From assembly GCA_002633005.1 (NCBI GenBank), contig NMRA01000028.1:794985-858984 (forward strand): DNA of 64,000 nt. The letters run 5' to 3'. Made by a program: the position numbers and the translations under genes. Each line of letters opens with the position of its first letter. Within the stretch, counting starts at the first letter, position 1. Below, piece by piece: positions 25,531 to 37,630 of the stretch. The DNA comes from Phoronis australis. Lineage: Eukaryota > Animalia > Phoronida. The notes beneath the pieces were generated by a model that saw only the letters and a program-made list of their open reading frames with translations, was not told the DNA's origin and did not search any database.

Positions 25531-26629
25531 TTGGATAGAATCATCTGTAATACTCAGGATATTTTCACAGAGACTGCATATATATACCACAGATATATCA
25601 CATCCAGCTTGGCTGCACAGAATGGGCCTTAAGAATCACACTTCTCTTTGTGGGGGGATGTCTAGAGTTTACATTATCCACAGCCAACATGATTTATTAG
25701 AATGAATCTTAATGGTCACTAGTCTCACAGGTGACCAGTTTATGGATTACCAACATGCACCAAGACCAATATGATTGCAAACAATAACTTGAGAGGTCGC
25801 TATATTTTTGTATGGCTGTGGAAGACGGCATAGATTTTATTTGTTGTGTCAAATCTTATTAGAAGGAAAGAACATTTTGAGTCAGAGCCCTCTAGGAAAA
25901 TAGCTGGGTTACATGTTTCATGCAATCTGACTGGAAGGGTAATGCATTGTCCATCATAAAGGAAATTGCCTTTGTATGCTTCATGGCCTCGTTAGAAGGA
26001 TGCAGCGTATGGATGCATTTGAGTAACGATCCCATCTTTGGATTACTGGAAAGTATGCTGAATTATGTTCCACTGCTGTACCCAATTCATTGTTATCATG
26101 AGTGATCATGGAACACACACTTGAGTGATCACAGAACGCATTTGAGTAATCTCTTCGTAGAGCACACTCTTGGGTGAATGGCACACTTGAGTAGAATGTA
26201 TCTACTTAATCAGTCGTTACTGCAACTGCAAGTTGCCTCAAACTTTCAACCCACTGTCTGTGGGTTTGGTATACTATGTGACTTGTTATCTGATTACAAA
26301 GTTTATAGTCCATGAGTTTTTGCCTCAGAGAGTCTTGTTAATTACTTGCTCACTTTCATGTGCTAATACTTTGTTACGTATTTGCATCCAGTTTATTGTT
26401 TTTTTTTTATTTCCTAATGCAGCTTTTTGAGTAATGGGCCACGAAATGCGACTTTTTCAACTAGTCATATCTTCACAATTTAAGAATAAGAAAAGAGAAA
26501 CCTGTCACAATATGAGAAAAAGTATGCCATGGGTGGTTTTTGTATTGATTATGATGGTTACTGCCAAACATGGACATTTTGTCATGTGACACAGGGATCG
26601 TATTGTACACTCCTGCTGACTCATTGAAA

Positions 26630-26640
26630 AATAAATAAAA
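26630..26640 (+). promoter_or_regulatory. Candidate polyadenylation signal of CAPN15 (overlapping AATAAA hexamers)
   Basis: aataaataaa about 1.1 kb after the stop codon, followed by T-rich sequence. Confidence 0.45.
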
Positions 26641-27187
26641 AAAATCAGGCAATTTTTCCTATCAATTATTGTAATGTAAAATTTTGCATTTTGTTCAACT
26701 TAATGGCACTGCTTGAATCAATTCAGGTTTGTTGCAATAGACATCATTTTCAACTTACAGTAAACTTAAATCAATTCAGGCTTGTCGCAATAAACGCCAT
26801 TGATATATTAATTTCAACTTAAAATAATCTTGGTATCGAGTTGCTCTGCTCTTATCAGTCTGAGGGCAATTTGTTGTCCCCAAACGTTTTTTTGTGAAAT
26901 TTACGTAACATAAGGAACAATAATTATCAAATTTGTTTGGTTGATAGCGTGCAAAAATGGTCGTTTTCAGCCAGTCCTGTTGACAGTCCATTGCAGTCTA
27001 TTCAAGGTTTCTCATAACCACAAGCTGTAAAAAGGCTTGGGGTCCTAGTCATTTCAATTACCACCTTTTTGCTTTCGAATGCCTAGTTTTCGCGTAGCGA
27101 GCGACATACTAGTAAGACCGCTGTTTTTTTTTTTTTACAAAAATGCCGGGTGTTTTGCGAGTTAATTTGGCATAAAATCCGAACTAA

Positions 27188-27708
27188 GTGAATAATCAAA
27201 CATTCGTAATAGCGTTTTTGAGGCATAAAGTTAAGGACACGGACGACTTACTCACCGCCGATGTTTCGATACTATGCGCTTTTGTACTTTCTGGAATCGT
27301 TATATTAGTTTTCCATTATGTTAACATTTTCATATTTATAAATTCAAGTTTGAAAAACGCCATGATCGTGCGTGAGCGGCCTGACAACGTCACGACTCGG
27401 ATATCCTGTGCAGAAAAGAATTTTAGCTATGCTACTTTCAATTTTTTTTGCTGTTTATTGTATGCCGGGTTCCAATGGTAGTGTACATGATTACCGTATT
27501 GAGAAATGATGTTGACATAGCAGACCACTCAACCTGTGTATTTGTAACCTGGATGACGTATCTTCAAAATGCGTTAAACCCTCTTGTGTACACTGCAGGG
27601 AGTACCCAGATGCGAAAGGAATTTGTGGCACTCCTAAAATGCCGACTGGTTGCCGTTAAAAACTGGTCGGAGGAGGATTGTACGCGCTCACAAACGTCTG
27701 CCTCTTGA
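27188..27708 (+). pseudogene. Rhodopsin-class (class A) GPCR remnant, TM5-TM7 plus helix 8, frameshifted and 5'-truncated
   Basis: TM5-like ILCAFVLSGIVILVFHYVNIF; frame change near the T8 run at ~27442-27449; TM6 FIVCRVP (CWxP with W>R); TM7 LQNALNPLVY (NPxxY); helix 8 MRKEFVALLKC. In-frame stop upstream and no TM1-4 seen. Confidence 0.75.
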
Positions 27709-28035
27709 CACAAATCAACACCGTCGAGTAGCACCACTTGCGGAGACCACACACTCGTGCGCTACGCCATCAAGCAGTGAAACTGTTAACTCATCTCTCG
27801 AATATTTTGGATTGGTTAACGGAATTTTATCGCATTCAGCATTATGTTTTAGATAACGTGTCGCATAACTAGTTATGTTTTAAAAACAGTTAAGTCGAGA
27901 GTGTGCGCGCATGTCTTGAGAAACTGTGAGCAGTCGTAAGCATACACCCGCATACAACGCGGCATCGCTTGAAATCCGTAGCAGCGGGATTCACGACAAG
28001 TACAATGCCAATAATATGCTCTGAACACAATGCAG

Positions 28036-28932
28036 GAAATGGCGCGTGCCCGTGACACGATCGTACTGTTTTCAAAACGACAACATACTTTTCATTCTTA
28101 CAAAACATGCAAAAAGTCGAGAATGACGCAAGAAAATGACGTTTGTTGCATTGCTTTTCACTTGAACGGTTGTAACGGGCAAGTTGAGTGTCGGTTGACT
28201 CCCAGATTTTGCATGCACCCCGTCCGGTCTTTAGCTTTACATGTTGAAACAAATTTCATGGCGAGGTGACGAGCAGAACTACCCTGGCTGTGTGCAATTT
28301 CAGGGTCTATGGAAGAAAAACGCACAGTGGTACCTAGCCAGCCGGCTAGCTATATGAAGACTGTCGTCAAAATAAAGCTAGGTACCACTGCGTGTATTTC
28401 TTCCGTGGACCCCGAAATTTTACACCGCAAGGGTAGTTCTGCTTGTCACCTCGCCGTGAAACTTGTATCAACATGTCATGCGCGCACCCAGCCTTCCGCA
28501 ATTTGGGGGGCTCGAATTCCTGGTGTTTTAGTCTTTTGCTAACAAGAACCGGCGGACTAAAAAAAAAAAAAAACGCATGGCGGGGAGCACCACTGTGCAT
28601 TTGGCTTATTTAGTGAACTTTCGTCCCATTTTCTTGGACTTTTTGTCTCTCGGGGGCGGATCTTTTTGCCCACTTCGCCTAATGGGGGGGGGGGCTCTTT
28701 CAAGCCCCCGAGCTCCCCCCCCTGGTTGCGCACATGCATGTAAAGCTAAAGAACGGACGGGGTGCATGCAAAATCTTGGAATCAACCGACACTCACCTTG
28801 CCCGTTATAGCCGTTTAAGTGAAAAACAATGCAAAAAACGTCATTTTCTTGCGTAACTCTCCGCTTTTTCTAACAATGAAAAGTATGTCGTTTTGAAAAC
28901 AGTGCGCTCGTGTCACGCGCACGCGCAATTTC
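28036..28932. repeat. Foldback palindrome: ~300-bp arms around a ~40-bp spacer, right arm interrupted by a MITE
   Basis: 28036-28338 is the approximate reverse complement of 28377-28476 joined to 28742-28932 (e.g. ttttgcatgcaccccgtcc / ggacggggtgcatgcaaaa; cagtggtacctagc / gctaggtaccactg). Confidence 0.85.
28477..28736. mobile_element. MITE with CATGCGCGCA-type TIRs and CATGT duplication; second copy at 39294-39529
   Basis: catgcgcgcacc...ggttgcgcacatg flanked by catgt; ggcggatctttttgcccacttcgcc is shared in reverse with 39336-39359. Confidence 0.8.
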
Positions 28933-29782
28933 CTAAATTTTTGCGACATTTCTCGGGAGATGATGATAGCTTGGCAGCTGCAAAATTTCTTCTCAAATTC
29001 GGTTTTTCGGTATCAAAATTCTAAATACTTATAATGAAGTGAAAGCAGTTCCAATAATTTCATGTGTCGTGTACGCAACCTCGTGAAAGAACAACAGTTG
29101 ATTTGAAGAATCGGCGAAAAAAAGTGGCCAATAGGTGACGCAATATTTCATGGCGCCGAAAGCCGTCGCTAAAGATCGCTCCACAACTTTAGCAGCAGAA
29201 TAACGGTAGAACGCCATTTTTCCAACACCATTAAATAATTTAGTTTTCTCAAGAAAGAATGTNCTTGCGTAACTCTCCGCTTTTTCTAACAATGAAAAGT
29301 ATGTCGTTTTGAAAACAGTGCGCTCGTGTCACGCGCACGCGCTATTTCCTAAATTTTTGCGACATTTCTCGGGAGATGATGATAGCTTGGCAGCTGCAAA
29401 ATTTCTTCTCAAATTCGGTTTTTCGGTATCAAAATTCTAAATACTTATAATGAAGTGAAAGCAGTTACAATAATTTCATGTGTCGTGTACGCAACCTCGT
29501 GAAAGAACAACAGTTGATTTGAAGAATCGGCGAAAAAAAGTGGCCAATAGGTGACGCAATATTTCATGGCGCCGAAAGCCGTCGCTAAAGATCGCTCCAC
29601 AACTTTAGCAGCAGAATAACGGTAGAACGCCATTTTTCCAACACCATTAAATAATTTAGTTTTCTCAAGAAAGAATGTAGTTTTTAATGACACTAATTTT
29701 GTGTCAGATTTTATCTTACCACTTTTTTACCCACATCGGTGCAAAGCTGTATATGTAGTATACAGCTTAGTTAGTTAATAAA

Positions 29783-30637
29783 AGTGACAGTTGCGGAACC
29801 GTTCCGCATGCGGAACTGTTCTGCATGGGGAGCAAAATGGCTTTATGGGGTATTTCTTTTCACCGATCATCTTAAAATGCATTCCATTATCAATGCCACT
29901 TAAAACTTTCGATGTGACAATCCTAACAGTAATTAGTTGATCAATGTGACAGTTGCGGAACCGTTCCGCATGCGGAACCGTTCCGCAAACAATACTTTTG
30001 TGATCCTCACAATTTTTAAAAAATTTTCTTGCGCATTTCAGTTGAAATATATTCTATTCTCAATAGCATACGAAAATATCAATGTGTCAACATGAACAAT
30101 GATTGATCAGCGGGGAACTTGCTGAATGGTTTGTGATGCAGAAACCTACCTCAAGCAGACTCGCGAAGAATTGACATCTTGTCTATGCCATTTTACCGCT
30201 TTTGGCAGAACCTTAACACAAGCCATGAAATATTCAAATCTTATCGTACAACAAGCATTAAACATAAAAGTATCAGAATTTCTACCCTAACAATAATTAA
30301 TTAATAAAAGTGACATTTGCGGAACATCTCTGCATGCGGAACCGTTCCGCAAACTATAGTTTTGTGGAGCTCACAATTTTTTAAACTTCTTACACATTAA
30401 GGTTGAAATATATTCTATTCTTAATAACATGTGAAAATATCAATGTGTCATCATGAGCAATAATTAATCAGTGAGGAACTTGCTGAATGGTTTTTGATGC
30501 AAAAACCTACCTCTAGCAGACTCAGGGAAAAATTGATATCTTGTCTATGCCATTTTACCGCTTTTGGTAGAATGTTAAAACAAGATACGGAATATTCAAA
30601 TGTTAATGTGCAACACACTTGCGGAACCGTTCCGCAG
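29783..30637 (-). repeat. Palindrome-rich satellite, reverse orientation of 35170-37630
   Basis: gtgacagttgcggaaccgttccgca units; reverse-complement match to the 36-37 kb array. Confidence 0.85.
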
Positions 30638-31312
30638 GATGTCAATTTTATATTGCAACGGCTTCAATAATATTTCCCTGTTAAATGGTTTTCTTACATC
30701 AGTGTTAGAGCACATTTTTCCATGATTTTTGGGTACCTCAGAATTGAGCATTTTGGCTTCTATGCAAAAATTTAATCGAAAAAATTAAATTTTTATTTTT
30801 TTTCTTTAATGTCCTGTATATGTGCAATGACATGAGCAAAAAAGTAGGGTTCCCGAATTAGTTTTCAAGCTACAGGTATCTTAGCTCAAACAGAAAATTC
30901 ACTTTCTCAAAAATATGCTAAATTTCACAACTACAGCTTTGATTCACCACATGGTGATTTTGCCCTATTGATGGGAATGTGAAAAACGTTTATGTTAAAG
31001 GGAATAAACTAACCAAACAAATTTCATCGTAAATGAATTAAAATTTGCTGGTGTTCAACGAATTAAGATGCACACATGTATAGTGTCTACACTTTTGTTT
31101 GTTAAAGAATTTATTTACGAATGAGTAGAAAGTAAAAATAGCAAAGTACCATTTGAATGACCACGTGGTTCAACAGCCTAAAGGATGGTAAAATATTATT
31201 TTTGTTTAAATAAGTTTAGATGTGCAAAAATGCGGCTGCCATGGTTTTGGGTTCTCCTTGTTATATCAGCAGATTCCACAATTTAGAACAAAAACAATTG
31301 CCAAAGTTGCCA

Positions 31313-33254
31313 TTTTTATGCGCCCACATATTTATATGTGGACGCATTATGCCGTCATCTCCGTCCGTCCGTCCGTCCGTCCGTCCGTCCGTCCGTCTGG
31401 GCGGCGTCCGTCCGGCGTCCGCTGCTTTATCTCCAAAACCCTTTGACATACGTTCATGAAAATTGGCACATGTTCCATTCATGAATGGGACGGCATGTGC
31501 GAACTTTCGGACGGATCCGACTACCGGTGTGCCCCCCTAGTGGCAATTTTAGTTTTTTACGCCTTTGTATCTTCAAAAGTCCTGAACGGATTTTCATGAA
31601 ATTTGGTATGTAGGCATCTATTAGTGAGATGACGTTATCCTCCCGTTTTCAGATGGATTCGACATAGTTTGCGCCACCTAGTGGCCATTTTTAGTGTTTT
31701 CGAGTCTGTTTTTGTGCGTCCACCCCTCTATCAACCAAACCCCTCAAAGGATGATTGTGAAAGTTGACATGTATGTGCTTACTATGTAGAGGACGGTTGA
31801 CGATGATTTTCCGACGATTTCGACTACAGTGGCGCCTCCTGGTGGCAGTTTTTTTTGCGCCTATGGCTGTATCTCCTAAACCGTTCGCAGGATCTTAACG
31901 AAATTGTGTCAGTATATTTATATGATGTTAACAACGGAAGATAACGACTTTTGGACGGATCCGACTACCGGTGTGCCCCCTAGTGGCAATTTTAGTTTTT
32001 ACGCTTACCTTTGTATCTTCAAAAGTCCTGAACGGATTTTCATGAAATTTGGTATGTAGGCACCTATTAGTGAGATGACGCTATCCTCCCGTTTTCAGAT
32101 GGATTAGACATAGCTTGCGCCACCTAGTGGCCATTTTTACTGTTATCGAGTCTGTATCTTTGCGTCCACCCCTCTATCAACCAAACCGCTCAAAGGATGA
32201 TCGTGAAAATTGGTGTGTATGTGCTTACTATAAAGAGGACAGCTGACAATGATTTTCAGACGATTTGGTTTACTGTGGCGCCTCCTAGTGGCAGTTTTGT
32301 TTTGTTTTGCGCCTATGGCTGTATCTCCTAAACCGTTCGCAGGATCTTTACGAAATTTAATAAGTGTATTTATATTATGTTAACAACAGACGATGACGAC
32401 TTTTGGACGGATCCGCCTACCAGTGTGCCCTCTAGTGGCAATTTTATTTTTTTACGTTTACCTCTGTAGTCTTCACAAGTCCTTAACGGATTTTCATGAA
32501 ATTTGGTATGTAGGCACCTATTAGTTTTCGGATGGATTCGACCTAGTTTGCGACACCCAGTGGCCATTTTTACTGTTTTTGAGTCTGTTTTTTGGCGTCC
32601 ACCTCTCTATCAACCAAACCGCTATAAGTATGATCATGAAAATTGGCATGTATGTTCTTACTAGAGGACGGTTGACGCTGAATTTCCCATGACTTTGATT
32701 ACTGTGGCGCCTCCTAGTGGCAGTTTTTTTTGCGCCCATGGCTGTACCTCCCAAACCGTTTGCAGGATCTTTACTAAATTTAGCAAGTGTATTTATGTGA
32801 TGTTGACAACGGACGATGACGACTTTAGGATGATTCTGATTACCGGTATGCCTCTAGTGGCAATTTTAGTATTTTACATTGACCTCTGTATTTTCATTGG
32901 TCTTCAAGTGAATACTTTGTGTTACTTCGTGACTATGAAGGAAAAGTTCCAAGTAGAAATTTGTTTCTGGCATTCTAATGCTGAGCTAATCTCGTATGTT
33001 GGTAAATTTGTTTTTAATTCTATGTTTCTGTGGTGCTTCAAGCAACTGATGTATTGGATGTGCTTGTATTATGAAGATCACTCACATTTTGCCCCTAGCC
33101 TATTGAGGAGACAATGACCATGCCTTTCCATTTTGCAAAGTACAACATACTACACATATGCCCTCTACTGGCCACTTTATGGTACCAATAAACAACCCTA
33201 GAAGGATACCCGTGCAATTGTGGGCGCATTTCAACGCTCTGCGTTGCTCTTGTT
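31313..33254 (+). mobile_element. HINE/DINE-1-like element with (CCGT)n microsatellite and an internal ~445-bp higher-order tandem array
   Basis: 5' atgcgcccacata...tatgtggacgcat inverted repeat, (GTCC)n at ~31361-31396, internal ~145-bp subunits, 3' gtgggcgcat subTIR followed by caacgc-tct-gcgttg hairpin and ctcttgtt end. Confidence 0.8.
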
Positions 33255-34584
33255 CCAGTTTAACAAGTAGCGAAGTAAATGTTTTCATCCTTTTTACTTT
33301 TGTTGAAAAATTTGACAAAATAAAATTTTACTGTACCACCATATTGCGGAATCTTTACTTCAATGTATAGAGAACCTATCACTCTAGCCAAGGTGTGGGA
33401 AATCTTTCTTAGCCACTGAAGTTAAATTGCCAATCTCCTGTTGTCCTCTGCATGGTAATGTGATGCAAACAGAGCAATAAATGGTCAATACAGCTTGGAG
33501 GTCAACCAGCCAGTGGGTTTATAACAGTTAAACTTTGATTCAGAGATTTTGAGATTGTACACCCAGAAATTAGGAGCCTGGTGAAAAGCAATGGTGTAAA
33601 GCAGAGGTTTAAAGATGGTAAAAAGTAAAAGTGCAAACAAAGAAAAGAAAAAAATACAAATTTATCAAAGACAGAACAACAAATTTCAGGCCAAAAGAAT
33701 CCTCAAATATAACACATGAATTGAATCTAGAGAATACAGTGCTTTTGTGACAAACTTATTCACTGTTTTGAATACTACAGTTGCTTATACTGGTATGAAA
33801 AATGTCCATGAAAAATCCAGCATAGAATGAACTTAAAGTTTAATAAGTTATTATGCACCTAAAATACTTTAATTCTAAGGTGATTGCATTAGAATTAAAC
33901 GGTCAAGTTCTAAGAAAAAATGAACAATGACCTAGCAGTGTGCATAAACATTGTTAGGAATATATGATTAGTTGCTTAAATTTCTATATATCCCTCTTGG
34001 TGAGTGACTGTCTATTCTCAAGCAGTTCTTTAGTAGACCTGGCAAAGCCAACAATGCAGGGTATTAACTGATGTTATCAGGCTTGGCCTGAGCTAGCTAA
34101 TTCGATTACATAACTGGATACCACTATGGGGATAGTACTGGTTTTGAAATGAAATGGGGATGGTCAACCACCATTATTAGATATGACTGTTGAACTGCAT
34201 ATCTAATCCATATGAAAGTCTAGATTCATCAGCATCACTCAGTTTCACAACAGGCTAGTAGTTCATTTGTCACTTGCAATGTTAGTTTTTTCACTCTCAT
34301 TAATGTTATCACCAGAATTAGTGAAGGTGGTGTTGGGTGCCCTTGCCAGTTCTTGTAGTCTGTCTTAAGTAAACAAAATTTGAGAAATTTCACTCACTCA
34401 CTCTTACAGACATTCACACACATAATTTAAAAATGGTGATAACAAAGATAATAAAAAATACCAATAATAACACCAATAATAATAACACCTAGTAATTCTA
34501 ATATTACTAATAGTAATTAGAACAATAAAAGCATATAGTAACTACTGCTATTATTACTATTTAAATGGCAGAGAAACCTGAGAC

Positions 34585-35070
34585 TGTTGGGCTCTGGAAA
34601 TGAAAAAAATATTATACCCCTCTGGATATGGAATTGTGTGGTATTCAAAAGGCGTGGGTAATGAGCTTCGATTTTTAAAAGAATTTCGACAGCGTTGTAT
34701 AGATATAGAAAATCAAATGTGTCAAGAAGCTGTAAATTAGATACATAGCAATTTTTCAGTCAAATTACATCTTAAAAAGGAAAATATTAGACATAGAGAA
34801 ACCGTGTATGAGGTCTTCACTGGTGCATATTTCATGCACAAATCATTCGCTGATGATAGAATGATAGAGCTGGGACAACATTTTGAATGCTGAGAGAAGT
34901 TAAACTTCGTTCAAGTTGTGACATTCGAAAAATTGAAAACAAGTACCTGACTTTTTAATTGTGTCCCCAGGCCTTAGAATTAGTTTAAGATTCCAGTTGT
35001 CTCTTGAGAACTGTCCATATATTTTTCAAGAGTTATGCAAGCAAATGACTCAGAAGAGATGTAAGTGAAA
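34585..35070 (+). mobile_element. Degraded 3' part of a non-LTR retrotransposon ORF2 (RTEX/L2-like)
   Basis: CWALEMKKILYPSGYGIVWYSKGVGNELRFLKEFRQRCIDIENQ resembles the post-RT segment of RTEX-type LINEs; downstream decayed MIELG and C...IENKY...LCP (IEDEYHF..CP-like) motifs with stops and frameshifts. Confidence 0.65.
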
Positions 35071-35169
35071 AGAAATGTTGTGAAGTTCATGTTTTTGCTA
35101 ATAAGTGTAAATTGTCTGTACTAAACGATGATCGAATGTGAACATAATAATGAGGATGAGCTCCACAAA

Positions 35170-37630
35170 GCCATTGTTTCTGGAACCATTCTGGTTGCGG
35201 AACAAATCCGCAACAGTCACATCGATCAACTAATTATTGTTAGGATTGTCACGTTGATACTTTCAAGTGGTATTGAGAATGGGATGCATTTTAACTTTAT
35301 TGGGCAAAACAAAAACCCCGCAAAACCATTCTGTATGGAAAATCGTTCCGCATGCGAAACGGTTCCGCAACTCACATTTATGAAATAATTAGTGTTAGGG
35401 TAGAAATTCTGATACATTCATGTTTATGCTTTTTGCACATTAAGATTTGAATATTTCCTGGCATGTGTTAAACTCTACCATGAGCGGTTAAATGGCATAA
35501 TCAAAATGTCATTTTTTCTCGAGTCAGCTTGAGGTAGGTTTCTACAACACAAACCATTCAGCAAGTTCCCCACTGATTAATTATGGTTCATGTTGACACA
35601 TTGATATGTCCATGTGTTATTGACAATAGAATGTATTTCAACTTTAATTCGCAAGCATCAATTAAAAAAAATGTGAGCTCCACAAAACCATTGTTTGCGG
35701 AACGGTTCCGTAACTGTCATATTGACCACCTAATTATTGTCAGGATTGTCAGATTGCTACTTTCAAGTGGCATTGATAATAGAATGCATTTTAAGTTCAT
35801 TGGGCAAAACAAATACCCCGCAAAACCATTCTGTTTGGGAAAAAGCTACCCATGCAGAATGATTCCGCTTGCGGAACGGTTCCGCAACTGTCACTTTTAT
35901 TAATTAATTATTGTCAGGTTTGAAATTCTGATACTTTTATGTTTAATGCTTGTTGCACGTTAAGATTTGAATATTTCGTGGCTTGTTCTAAGGTTCTACT
36001 AAAAGTGGCAAAATGGCATAGACAAGATGTCAATTTTTCCCAGAGTGCTAGAGGTAGGTTTCTGCATCACAAATCATTCAGCAAGTTCCCCACTGATTAA
36101 TCATTGTTTTTGCTGACATATTGATATTCTCATATACTATTGAGAATAGAGTATATTTCAACTGAAATGTGCAAGAAAATTTTTTTAAAACTTGTGAGGA
36201 TCACAAAAGTATTGTTTGCAGAACGGTTACGCAATTGTCACTTTTAATAATTAATTATGGTTGGGGTAGAAATTCTGATACTTTTATGTTTAATGCTTGT
36301 TGCACGTTAAGATTCGAATATTTCGTGGCTTGTGTTAAGGTTCTACCAAAAGCGGTAAATTGTCATAGACAATATGTCGATTTTTCCTCGAGTCTGCTTG
36401 AGGTATAGGTTTCTGCATCACAAACCATTCAGCAAGTTCCCCACTGATTAATCATTGTTCATGTTAACACATTTATATTTCCATATGCTATTGGGAATAG
36501 AATATATTTCAACTGAAATGTGCAAGATTTTTTTTTAAAAATTGTGAGGATCACGAAAGTATTGTTTGCGGAATGGTTCCGCATGTGGAACGGTTCTGCA
36601 ACTGTCACATTGATCAACTAATTACTGTTAGGATTGTCACATCGAAAGTTTTAAGTGGCATTGATAATGGAATGCATTTTAAGATGATTGGTGAAAACAA
36701 ATACCCCATAAAACCATTTTGTTTGGGAAATCGTTCCCTATGCATAATGGTTCCGCTTGCGGAACAGTTCCGCAACTGTCACTTTTATTAATTAACTATT
36801 GTTGGGGTAAAAATTCTGATACTTTTATGTTTAATGCTTGTTCCGCATTAAGATTCGAATATTTCGTGGCTTGTGTTAAGGTTCTACCAAAAGCGGTAAA
36901 ATGTCATAGACAATATGTCGATTTTCCCCGAGTCTGCTTGAGGTAGGTTTCTACATCACAAACCATTCAGCAAGTTCCCCACTGATTAATCATTGCTCAT
37001 GTTGGCACATTGATATTTCCACATGCTATTGAGAATAGAGTATATTTCAACTGAAATGTGCAAGAAAATGTTTTTAAAACTTGTGAGGATCACAAAAGTA
37101 TTGTTTGCGGAACGGTTCCGCATGCGGAACGGTTCCGCAACTGTCACATTGATCAGCTAATTACTGTTAGGATTGTCACATCGATACTTTCAAGTGGCAT
37201 TGATAATGTAATGCACTTTAATTTGATTGGTGAAATAAAATACCCAGCAAAACCATTCTGTTTGGGAAATCGCTCCCCATTCAGAATGGTTCCGCAACTG
37301 TCACATTGATCAAGTAATTATTATTAGGATTGTCACATTGATACTTTCAAGTGGTATTGATTATGGAATGCATTTTAACTTTATTGGTCATGAGAATTAA
37401 AAAAAATGTGTTCTCCAAAAAAATATTCTGTTTGCGGAACCGTTCCGCTTGTGGAACCATTCTGCAACCGTCACATTGATTAATATATTATTGAGAGTGG
37501 GCACATTATACTCTCAAGTACTATTGAGAATGAAATGTAATTCATGTTTATTGGGCCGGGAGAAAATTAAGAATTTTATTCCTGTGCTAAACTTTTCTGT
37601 TTGTGGAACCCTTCTGGAACTTTCACATTG
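35170..37630 (+). repeat. Satellite with ~175-bp monomers in ~530-bp higher-order repeats, carrying TGCGGAACGGTTCCGCA palindromes
   Basis: cattcagcaagttccccactgattaa recurs at ~35555, 36075, 36426 and 36964; three alternating monomer types. Confidence 0.88.

Noticed and set aside
28847-29682. ~416-bp near-perfect direct duplication producing twin ORFs (29029-29292, 29445-29693)
   Set aside because: The copies are joined by a single N at 29263, which is typical of unmerged overlapping contig ends or haplotypes; probably an assembly artefact.
35170-37630. Many 60-106 aa ORFs with recurring AERFRNCH motifs
   Set aside because: These are translations of a satellite; frames are not maintained between units.
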